This document shows positions 53,455 to 64,000 of a stretch of DNA of 64,000 bases, piece by piece. The notes under the pieces were generated by a model. The model did no database searches and had not been told where the DNA came from. It was given only the letters and a program-made list of their open reading frames with translations. Each line of letters begins with the position of its first letter. The first letter of the stretch is position 1. The position numbers were made by a program, and so were the translations under genes. The DNA comes from Eledone cirrhosa (Eukaryota), in assembly GCA_964016885.1 (NCBI GenBank), contig OZ024743.1, positions 191,270,001 to 191,334,000 on the forward strand, written 5' to 3'.

Positions 53455-55908
53455 GATATTAAATAAATGGAAACTATATTTATAAAACCATATTTATTTC
53501 ATTATATATATTTCAGGGATATCATATTAACAATATGCTATGCCTTCCTCAGACAAAATACAATATAAACAGTTTTATAGATAAATAGATTTGACATACC
53601 GTACAACATCGACTTGTATTTGAAAAGTTGAATTGACAGTGAAAAAATTGTACACAGAGAGAAAGAAAAAGGAAAGAAAGACAGAAAACGAAGAAAAAGA
53701 AGAAAAAGAAGAAATGCATGGAACAAAATAGAGAGATGGAAAGATAGATAAAGAGAAGAACTGCATGTAAAGAAACAGAGAGATATATATATATATAGAG
53801 AGAGAGGAAGATATATATATATAGAAAACTATGTAGTGGGATATCCGTTGAGTAAACGTATCAATGATACATTTATTTATTTATTTATTTATTTAGCTCT
53901 AGTATTAATGTAAGGGAGATATATGTGGTTAGGAGAGAAACCAGCTGTTATATAGAGAGAAAAATTAAAAATAACCAGACATAGGCGAGGCATAAAAACC
54001 CTATGTTTTAATGTAGAGGTATTAGTATGTATAAAAACCAGCCACTATATTGTAAATATCAGTATTCCTGAATGAGACATGTATCCATAATGTGTGAAAA
54101 GTAATGATCTTATGTTTAGTTTTTTAAAAAATTCATATGTTTATGTGATAACCACAAACATCTATGTGAATTCACATGATCAACTCTGCAAAACCTAAGT
54201 TCACGGAAAACATTCTCATTGTGCTATAAGAGAGATATTCTTTATACTAAAATCAGAGGAGATATTCTTTATACTAAAATCTAAAAATTCCCTTAATCTA
54301 CGGACAAATTTATTCAGTTGCTGCAAACATAGATTAAACTCAACTTTTAAATATAAATTTAAATTTAAAATGTAGTATATTTAGTTTGATTTATAATTAT
54401 ATGGGAAACTAGCCGATAAATCTTTCGATTTCTTCTTTTTATTCTTTTTATTTTTATTTTTATTTTTATTTAAACATTCTTCATGAAAAATTAAGCTACC
54501 CTAAAAGTTGATGCTCCAAATATTTCGAATAAACGTTACACTAGATAAACTTCTATATTAAATATAAGAACACATGTAGACCAAATGGGCATCCTAAACT
54601 TTTGAAATGATTTTTGCTAGATGCGATTTGATAAATAATTTTTAGCTTTATCTGTTTTTTGACTCTGATGCTTATAATGAACTTGGCAATATATTGTCAA
54701 TTAATTTTGAAGGGTTGATCTTTGTGGTTTACTTTTATTATTGTAGTATTTTCTAATATTTTTATTTTTAATATGTAATATTTTTAATATGTAATATTCT
54801 TTCGTAATATTTTTTAGTTTTCTATTTTATTATTATTTATTATTATTATTATATTTATTATTATTATTATTGTTGTTATATTTTTGGTTTTTGTTTCTGA
54901 TATATATTTTTTTATTAATATATTGAAATCTGCTCTCTATTTCTGCTTGATAGATAATCTTGTAGAGTAAAGACAAGAATAGTAGTAATATATATATGTG
55001 TGTATATATATACACATATATGTATACTTAAATTTTTATAGCACAATGAGAATGTTTTCCGTGAACTTAGGGTTTGCAGAGTTGATCATGTGAATTCACA
55101 TAGATGTTTGTAGTTATCACATAAACATATGAATTTTTTTTAAAAACTAAACATAAGATCATTACTTTTCACACATTATGGATACATGTCTCATTCAGGA
55201 ATACTGATATTTACAATATAGTGGCTGGTTTTTATACATACTAATACCTCTACATTAAAACATAGGGTTTTTATGCCTCGCCTATGTCTGGTTATTTTTA
55301 ATTTTTCTCTCTATATAACAGCTGGTTTCTCTCCTAACCACATATATCTCCCTTACATTAATACTAGAGCTAAATAAATAAATAAATAAATAAATGTATC
55401 ATTGATACGTTTACTCAACGGATATCCCACTACATAGTTGTCTATATATATATCTTCCTCTCTCTCTATATATATATATCTCTCTCTGTTTCTTTACATG
55501 AAGTTCTTCTCTTTATCTATCTTTCCATCTCTCTATTTTGTTCCATGCATTTCTTCTTTTTCTTCTTTTTCTTCGTTTTCTGTCTTTCTTTCCTTTTTCT
55601 CTCTTTCTTTCTCTCTGTGTACAATTTTTTCACTGCCAATTCAACTTTTCAAATACAAGTCGATGTTGTACGGTATGTCAAATCTATTTATCTATAAAAC
55701 TGTTTATATTGTATTTTGTCTGAGGAAGGCATAGCATATTGTTAATATGATATCCCTGAAATATATATAATGAAATAAATATGGTTTTATAAATATAGTT
55801 TCCATTTATTTAATATCGTAAATATACTCCAAATACTTGTCGAGTGCTTTTATATCAGTTATAAAGATTTACTCGTTGTAACCCAACAATTTAAATATAA
55901 CTTTCCAT
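53452..55908 (+). mobile_element. 5'-truncated PLE with ~780-bp inverted pLTRs (family F)
   Basis: Arms 53452-54229/55036-55820; spacer begins EIFFILKSKNSLNLRTNLFSCCKHR (PLE C-terminus); 88-nt tail. Confidence 0.9.
55712..55777 (+). ncRNA. Minimal type I hammerhead (mirror copy at 53495-53560, minus strand)
   Basis: tattttgt-CUGAGGA-agg..catatt/aatatg..cct-GAAA-tatata-UA-atgaaata. Confidence 0.75.
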
Positions 55909-55937
55909 ATATATATATATATGTATTTTTTAAAGCT

Positions 55938-56530
55938 TTAGATAGTTCCTTCCCTAGTCAACATAAATACCACTCCATATTTAATAGACACACAATTAAA
56001 CTTTCTTATTCTACAACTATGAATATGGCCCAAAACATCGCTAAACTAAATAGTATAATTCTAAAACAAAATCAACATAATGTTATTAATAATAGTGTTA
56101 ATATAAATAATAATAAATCGAAATGTAATTGTAGAAATAAACCAGATTGCCCTCTGCAAAATAATTGTCTCGATAGAAATCTGGTGTCTCAATGCACCGT
56201 AAAAACAAATAACAACACATACAACTACATAGGAGCAACTTCTTCGACATTTAAATCGAGATTTGCGAATCACAAATGCTCATTTTTGAATTTTAATAGG
56301 AAGTCTTCGACTTCTTTATCACAACTTATATGGTCATTAAAAGACAAAAATTTAAAATACTCGATCTTTTGGACGAAGCTTTGTAATAGTAAAATATACA
56401 CGAACTCATCTATATCAACTAACTGCAACCCTATTAATAATTAATAATTATGAAAACTTAATTAACAAAAAAAGTGAATTATTCTCAAACTGCCTTCATA
56501 AAGCTTCGTCTACATTCCAAGCCTCGCACA
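55938..56530 (+). pseudogene. PLE (Neptune-like) linker, Zn finger and GIY-YIG endonuclease remnant
   Basis: FPSQHKYHSIFNRHTIKLSYS, CNC...CPL..NC, YIGAT..TFKSRFANH, TSLS..IW, LINKKSELFSNCLH. Confidence 0.88.
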
Positions 56531-57599
56531 AAGTCAGGAAAAAACACTAAACAACCAGGCCTTAATTTGTGACGTCTCGGTTGGGCCGAAAAAGTCATAA
56601 CGGTTTATAAAACTTTAATAATGCTTTATCTTCTAATCATTTATGATAGAATTAATGTTAGAATGAAAGATCCTCTTTTGATAACTTGTTTACTTGATAA
56701 ATATGCACACCTTAGGTTTTTTTAGATATTTATAATTTTGATTCAGATCATTATTTATCTGTCTCTGTTTTAAATATATAATTTGAATATTTAACTTGTA
56801 AATTTACCGATTATAATTGAACTGTGGATCATTCATGCGTTTGCATATTTTACTTATTTTGAATATGTTTTGGAGACTCAGAAAGTTATATTTATTTATT
56901 TTTTATATATATCTAGGTATAAATATAACAAACCATAATAGTCGACGAATATACAGTGACTGATCGGCCTGATTTGCATATTAGCAGACTGGATGATCTG
57001 TCAGATCTGCATATTAACAGATACACTGATCAGCCAGATTTGCATCAGATTTGCATATCAGTCAGTTTCCTGTATACGAGCGATTAATGGTTGGCTTTGC
57101 CATATTCAAATTTTAAAAAAAATGTTCGCTCTACACGGCTGAATACAATAAATGTAATCTGAGTTTTTCGAATATTAATAATAATATTCAATTCGTTTGC
57201 AATTATGCAAACAGCCTCGTTTTTAAAGCCAAGTCAGTAGAATCATTATATCATTATTTATATTTATAGAATATGTAATTGATGCCTAAACTTCACAAAT
57301 CGCATCCCACATTTTCACTCCAGAGTAAATATATATGAAGCAAAAAGATCTTTTAGTTATATACGAAAGGAATAATCGTTGAATATAACTCGTAATCAAA
57401 ATTATGTATTCTAATTCGGTTGAAGTACCTCTTTATTACATATATGCATGCACGGTCCCATAGCTCTTGATGGAATCCTTGAGGCGCTAAATTGAAATAA
57501 GGCGTTCCCATGTCATTTTTGTAAAACCTGGCTACTCCATCCCTCTCAAGGTCGGAAAACAGTAGATTTTGTCCATAGAAGGATAGAGATAATGAGGGA

Positions 57600-57790
57600 A
57601 TAACATTGAGGAAGATATAAAGAGGAAAAATTTAATCTCAGTACTTAACTGTGACTGTTTTATCGACCTGAAATGGATGAAAGGGAACGTTGGCCTCTGT
57701 GAGATTGAAACTCAGAGAGAAGAGAGCTGAAACACATAGAGCAAACTATTCTATCCGACGTTCCATCGACTCTGCCAGTTCACCACCTTC
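57600..57790 (-). mobile_element. Diverged tRNA-derived SINE copy
   Basis: tttatcgacc...ggatgaaaggg...gaaactcaga block. Confidence 0.6.
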
Positions 57791-58359
57791 TCTTTACTAC
57801 AATGAAATGCCAAATCACGGCGGTTTCAAATATAACTAAAGGTTAATTCCAATAGTCAGAAAAGAGATAATGGTATGTGATATAGATATATCTCCCGTTT
57901 AATCTTAATATACGATCAAGTATCGCTAAAATATTATTTGATTTATTAGATTAATATTTTTCAATTCTAAACTTTTCAATACACAAATGTTAATTAAGGT
58001 TTTCCTCAGAAAAGTAAATATTAATCATAAGTCTATAGATCGCTATACACATATAATTATTCCAATACGTCCAATCCTTTTACTCCTATAAAATTTCTGT
58101 TAAATAATTTTCGCTTGGATTTCTTCTGTTATGGAGTTAAATTATACAGAGCTGAAGATTGGGTCGCTAAATAATGGATTATTTTGATTGAATCTCCTTT
58201 CAAAATATGATATAATCTCCATTATTGACAATTTAGTATTTAAATAATTTCTAAATATCTATGGGAGTATTGAAAAATGAGAATATAAGAATCGATAAAT
58301 TAATGCATGCTATATTAAATAGAATACGCTAAATTAAGCACACGGTATTAATGGTTGTA

Positions 58360-58472
<113 letters not shown>

Positions 58473-59000
58473 TAGATAGATAGATAGATATATATAATAT
58501 CGGAGAAAGCTTTTTAGCGATACTCCAGCCAAATTCCAACTCACTCAACAAACATTAGGAAATAAGTGATTATATTCCCAATTATGTGTTCGGGGTGCTA
58601 ACTAAAAGTATTGCGTGGAAAATTGGCTGTATTATTTCAAATGAGACATATCTAATATATCTCTTCCCAGACGAACGTCTCGTTTCATTATAGGATTCCT
58701 ACAATTTGGGTGAAATTATACCAATTTATGTAGGAGCTTGTATACCATCAATAGATATATATTCAAGTGGGCTCCTATAATTCATCAGTGGGTGCCCCAA
58801 TAATACTAATATTGATAATCTAACCAACATCAGTATTTAGCGATAATCACTTTCTGTGCCTGAGGTATCTTTCAGGTTGCCAGTCCAGCAGTTCTAAAAG
58901 AAGTGCTCGAACTGATTCAAAAAATGAGGAAGTGAATTACCGCCAAAAGAAACAATACATGCGCGTGACAATGAACTCTGAAAGGAATTCAGGCCACCTG

Positions 59001-59044
<44 letters not shown>

Positions 59045-59111
59045 TCTATAAGTATCGTCTTCTTGTCTTCCTTCGGTTGCAACGTTTTTTGAAATATTTA
59101 CTTCTGCGTTC

Positions 59112-59187
59112 ACAGATTGACTCTTTTAGTTTCAGAAGATCCCGTTAAGGGTGAAAGCAGTGATTCTTTGCTTAAACTTTAATCTGT
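59112..59187 (+). ncRNA. Family B extended hammerhead variant (element 59040-59200)
   Basis: acagattga..agttt-CAGAAGA-tcccgttaagggt-GAAA-gca..tgc-UU-aaactttaatctgt. Confidence 0.6.
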
Positions 59188-59212
59188 TATTTTAATAAAT
59201 ATATATATATAT

Positions 59213-59575
59213 ATAAATGTAAACTGAGCTTTTCGAATATTAATAATAATATTCGATTCGTTTGAAATTATACAGACTAGCCTCATTTTTAAAACCATGT
59301 CAGTAGAATGTGCCCCTCGTTCTTGCTCTTGTGTTGGCATGTAAATAGGTGAACGGTGAACTGTACTAATGAAGGGTAATACCCAGAAACATTAGTGTCT
59401 GCAGTTCTGTTTACATGCCAACACAATAGCACGAATGATGGGCTCATTCTACTGATATGGCTTTAAAAACGAGGCTTGTTTGCATAATTGCAAATGAATC
59501 GAATATTATTATTAATATTCGAAAATCTCTGGTTACATTTATTGTGTTCAACCATATAGAGCGAACATTTTTTTT
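59213..59575 (+). mobile_element. Long imperfect hairpin with an apical hammerhead (59358-59407)
   Basis: ~135-bp arms 59213-59348/59407-59542; gaactgta-CUAAUGA-gggt/accc-GAAA-ca/tg-UC-tgcagttc; partial copy at 57116-57243. Confidence 0.75.
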
Positions 59576-59599
59576 ATTATATATATATAAATATATGTT

Positions 59600-59848
59600 A
59601 GCGAATTTTAAAAATGCTTAACATGTCCTGCAAAAACCTTGAGTCGTATGCAGCAGATAGAGTAGCCTGGAGAAATACCATTTGGAATGGAGAGGTTAAA
59701 ACATGCAGAACTGAAAAGAAAAGTGAGGGAAAATGAGACCAAGAGTAATAATGATGAATCTTATCCAGTGTGGGTTTTCAAATACCCTGTGTGTCCTAAG
59801 GTGTGCCCTTCAAACGTTCAGTTCAAGTAACACCAACGAGTACATGAT
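59600..59848 (+). mobile_element. RTE LINE C-terminal remnant
   Basis: LESYAADRVAWRNTIWNG and a degenerate terminal Zn finger (CPKVC...HQRVH). Confidence 0.65.
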
Positions 59849-60273
59849 GGGAAAATCCAAGTTGATTATTCAAACATCGTTGCAAATTAGGTGATGAATT
59901 GAAACATCATCTGAACATACGCAATAAGCAAACCGAAAGTATAAACAAGAACAAAATAATAAATATATTAACTCCGCATCCCATGGTGCATCGATAATTC
60001 TTTGATCAAGTAGCCGTTCCAGGTTTAGCACCACAGAAACTCCATATATATAAATTTTTAGTATGTGTTGCTTGTTTACTTTCGGCTGGGGAGAGGTATG
60101 ATAGTTAACGAATGAGATGGGAGCATATCCTCTGGACGCTAAAATTCGTTTGTTCTTGGTCATTTGATTCCAGTTCCTTTGAAGACTAACAACAAACCCA
60201 GGAACTGGACATATCGATGAATTAACATGGTAGAGCACGTTACAACACCATGTATTTATGTTCTTTCTGCATT

Positions 60274-60342
60274 AATTCTTGCTGCCTGATGAGGTCACAG
60301 CCAATAATGGCTGTCACTGAAATATATATAGCAGCGAGAATT
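60274..60342 (+). ncRNA. Minimal type I hammerhead (family A)
   Basis: 12-bp stem I aattcttgctgc/gcagcgagaatt; CUGAUGA; stem II ggtcacagcca/tggctgtcact; GAAA; atatatat. Confidence 0.9.
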
Positions 60343-60436
60343 AGAATTAACGAAACCAACTTTAACATGTTTGAATTACACATTATTTTAGATATATATA
60401 TATATATGTAGGTATGTATGTGTACGTACATACATC

Positions 60437-60912
60437 TATATATGCACGTATCGGTTTACCGAACATCCATTATAATGCTCGGCTTGTTTGTAAACAAACA
60501 AACAGCCTGATTTACGCCGTACAGTGTTTAGGCAACCACGTCACCTTTTTGTTCAACACTGACACAGGAACGATGTACTAGTTTCAAGCTTATTAGCTAT
60601 CGTCAGCATCGTATACCTTCCTGCCAGATGGTTGAACGTCTGAAAGTATATACTTTCCTTATGCATATTAACGGCTGAGCAGCCTAATTTGCATATCGAG
60701 TGAGTTTAGTCGGACAGGGGCACCGAAAACGATAAATGGAATAGAATGAAACGAAATTTCATTTCTCACTCTTAGTACGGCAGTTACTTAAATGTAAGTA
60801 TGTATGTATGTATACGTACATACATATATGTATACAGACGCACAGTAGTATGTGTATATATACACACATGCACACATATATATATATGCACGTATCGGTT
60901 TAACGAACATCC

Positions 60913-60918
<6 letters not shown>
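60437..60918 (-). mobile_element. Terminally redundant 444-nt unit with an HHR (retrozyme-like)
   Basis: 38-bp direct repeats 60437-60474/60881-60918; microsatellite flanks. Confidence 0.7.
60570..60612 (-). ncRNA. Very compact canonical hammerhead
   Basis: acgatg-CUGACGA-tagct aata agctt-GAAA-ctag-UA-catcgt. Confidence 0.9.
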
Positions 60919-60974
<56 letters not shown>

Positions 60975-60977
<3 letters not shown>

Positions 60978-61181
60978 ATAATAATAAATTTGAAGACTAA
61001 AATCCAAAGAGGGCTCGGTAAGGATAAATATATATCAAATATAGAAGAACCGTAGAGCAAATATTTATTCAAATAACAAATTAAAGTTTAAGCAAAGAAT
61101 CGCTGCTTTCACCCTTAACTGGATCTTCAGAAGATCCCGTTAAGGGTGAAAGCAGCGATTCTTTTCTTAAACTTTAAACTG

Positions 61182-61190
<9 letters not shown>
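60975..61190 (-). mobile_element. Family B fold-back mini-element
   Basis: Hairpin centred on gatcttc-a-gaagatc (61129) plus the family B tail. Confidence 0.85.
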
Positions 61191-61240
<50 letters not shown>

Positions 61241-61243
<3 letters not shown>

Positions 61244-61430
61244 GAGCTTCTACAGGACTAGAACTGTTTCATTCGTGAGAAATCATCAGAAAGCTTCCTG
61301 GTGATTTCTCACGAATGAAACAGTTCTAGTCCTGTAGAAGCTCTTCTGTATTAAAACTGTTATACTCTTCTATGTATTGAGTACCTTACTTACTGTGTTT
61401 ACCTCCAATTCAACCCGGAATAACTTATAT
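61241..61430. mobile_element. Fold-back of two back-to-back hammerheads plus tail
   Basis: Hairpin 61241-61346; HHR on minus 61245-61295 (CUGAUGA) and on plus 61292-61342 (CUGGUGA); third diverged copy 61455-61505 (-). Confidence 0.85.
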
Positions 61431-61764
61431 ATATAGAGAGAAAATATAGAAAAAGGCTTCTACAGGACTAGAACTGTTTCATTCGGGAGTAATCACCAAG
61501 AAGCCGACTGTCCAAGTAATATGTTGGTATTTATATATTTTCTGGTAGGAGAGGGTGGGAATTGGGATGGATGGAGGTCATTGGTTGATGGGTTTAAAGA
61601 AGAGGGAATTCTTTAAAAACTATTTAAATACATATCATAAAAAATATATATACATGTGTGTATATATGTGTATAAGTGTGTATATGTATGTGTACACATT
61701 GTGTGTGTGTACATATATATATATATATATGTATATGTGTATCCGTGTGTATGTGTATGTATGT

Positions 61765-61816
<52 letters not shown>

Positions 61817-61820
<4 letters not shown>

Positions 61821-64000
61821 CTGTGCCATAAAAAGCAACTCACAATACTAACGCGCCCTGTGTATTTTCCCATTATAAATGCCCCAATTGGTAAAATAAA
61901 ACATATTTTGTATAAAATAAATTATTTTGAGTTTTGCCTATATCATGGTGATTATAGAGAAAAGTGTGATTATGTTGCATGGAATCATGAAAATGTGAAA
62001 CCAAATATGACCATACAATAATTGTTTAATTTATTAATACATTATATTTCGTAAACCAGCTTTGAATATAAAGGCGTACAAGAAAGAAACAAGTTCAGTT
62101 AAGTTAACTCCAATCATATTTTTTTCAGAGTTTCTTTTTTGAAATCCGGGACCTTGCAACGATGAGCTTCGACTACTTGAAAAACACACTGCTTCTCCTT
62201 CTCATTCTTGGTGATGGCAACAAAATCAGTTATCAACTTGACTGCTCTCTCCGCCAGATCGTTGACTACCTTGATATTGTGAACAACAGCACGGGCATTG
62301 TGATATCACGCTTGTGATGACCAAGTTTCAGGTGACAACTCAAGCCAAGTATCGTTGAGACCAAGGAGATCGAACAGAAGCCTTGATTTCATTCCAACTA
62401 GATGAGGCAGCTTCGTGAATGACTTCAACTCGCGAAATACTGGAGCACCACGGTCGAGAGGCCAAGACGTTTTCGTTTTGACAAGACGTTGGGCTATTTG
62501 TTTCTTCTCGGACTCTTGGACCCGACTTGAATACAGCGCTAGCGGAATGGCTTCCTCTGTCAGCTACCAAAGATGCCTGCTCAGAGAAGTAGTTGCTGCT
62601 GCGAGAGATCTCTGTCAACCTTACTGTACTGTGTCAACTCCACGTAGAATTGAAGGTCATTGGATAGTGCATCAGCACACTTGACTGCTGTCAGCCAGTA
62701 TCGCACGTAGAACAGAACATTGAACATACAGATCCGGCGCAAATTTTCCATTTTAGCTTGATCGTAATTGAGTCGCTCACCAAATGCATACATCTTTACA
62801 CTATAGCTTATTGTGGACATCCACCGAGCGTTATGATGCATCCTATGAATTCCACGAGGAGGGGTGACACCAAGCAAGATCAACATCAACTCGGCACATT
62901 CTCGGTAGTCGTCCCATGGAAGAGAACTCATTTTCCCATCGTCGGATGTCAGCAAATCTTGGAGGAACTTGATGTTCTTAGAACACAGACGCTTGAGTCT
63001 CCGGTCGACAATGTTCAATGTTTTAAAGCTGGTCTTGTCCCTGAGTGACACGCAATCTTTTTTGAACTCCTTGAACTCTGGGGTGTCTGGACCGGATATT
63101 GCTCCGAATAGTTGTTGCCACACTGCACACAAGATATGCTCCATGACATGGTGCCGACAAGCAAAATAAAACACCTTTTAGTTGCGCATCTCTTCTAGTT
63201 CCACGCAGGCACCATTTTTCCATCTAGAATTTGAAGCAGTTGTGTCGAAAAACAAGCCCACCACAGACCCATCAACATTCCAATCTTTAACAAGATCAAA
63301 TGATGCTTTGGCTTGGGTGGTTCCAGAGCCATCAAGAATTATGGGAACACCGAAGAGTGTACCTTCTCTGAAATCCGGAGTTTCAGCAACTAGCACACCT
63401 AGCCTCTCGTGGTCGCCAGGAATTATTTTGCCACCCCAATGCAAGGTAACAAAGTCTGGTACAGCAAAATGTTCCTTTATGAGTTCAGCCCCCACAGTTC
63501 TGATCTTCTTAGCTGTACGTCTGCAGAGAGTTGTGGCGTTGGATAGAGTTGTAGCGTTTATGTCAGTGCCAGCCTCAGAAATAATCGATGCCATAAATGC
63601 TGTTCTCTGGCCCAGTGTCAGGTTTAAACGATCAGCCACTAGAGAAATTTCTGGAATTTGAAATGGATTCTTTGGGAGTTCCGGCTGGATTTTTGGTTTC
63701 TTGTCTGACTTTGAGCTGTCTCTGGGTGGGTTTGAGGCCTGAAATTCAGGATCCTGTTCATCTTCAGTTTCATCATTGGCTGAACTTGAATCACTCAGTT
63801 CATTACGTGGAAGTTGTGCTGCTACAGATCCTAACAAATGCTTTCTATGGTTCTCTGACTCTCGACGAGCCACAGAAACCTGATCACGCTTAAACTTTGA
63901 AGATATCTTTTTCTGGTAACCCATGTGTTGAGCACACAGAGATACTTTTTGCTGGCAACGCAGAGCTTCGAGAAATGTAGCATCTTCCATTTTCTGTTCA
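61817..64000 (-). mobile_element. hATm-type DNA transposon, runs off the window
   Basis: Transposase remnants; sharp boundary tagactgtgcc against (TA)n is the presumed TIR (partner not in window). Confidence 0.75.
62114..63990 (-). pseudogene. hATm-like transposase, frameshifted
   Basis: LHWGGK (HWDGK), FDTTASN...GAC, CRHH..E, ARWM, VVNDLAERAVKL. Confidence 0.85.

Noticed and set aside
58725-58795. CUGAUGA followed by a taggagc/gctccta hairpin on the minus strand
   Set aside because: GAAA and stem I are absent

Overview
AT-rich eukaryotic, repeat-saturated, apparently non-genic DNA. I could not support any host exon. The SINE types and microsatellite load suggest a mollusc, probably an octopus (inference). 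It contains two internally deleted mariner copies, a mariner-type MITE, a hATm-type transposon, non-autonomous Helitrons, RTE, Tx1 and R4-like LINE remnants, and tRNA-derived SINEs. The dominant signal is a dense set of Penelope-like element (PLE) remnants sitting in (TA)n tracts. By eye I find about 20 type I hammerhead ribozyme (HHR) motifs in at least 12 dissimilar sequence contexts, many with palindromic helix III and some with compensatory changes between copies. They occur in three recurrent architectures: asymmetric fold-backs (the smallest turn exactly at the ribozyme core), twin-priming-like inversions, and 440-490 nt terminally redundant units resembling retrozymes. All structures were assigned by manual base-pairing; no folding program or database search was run.
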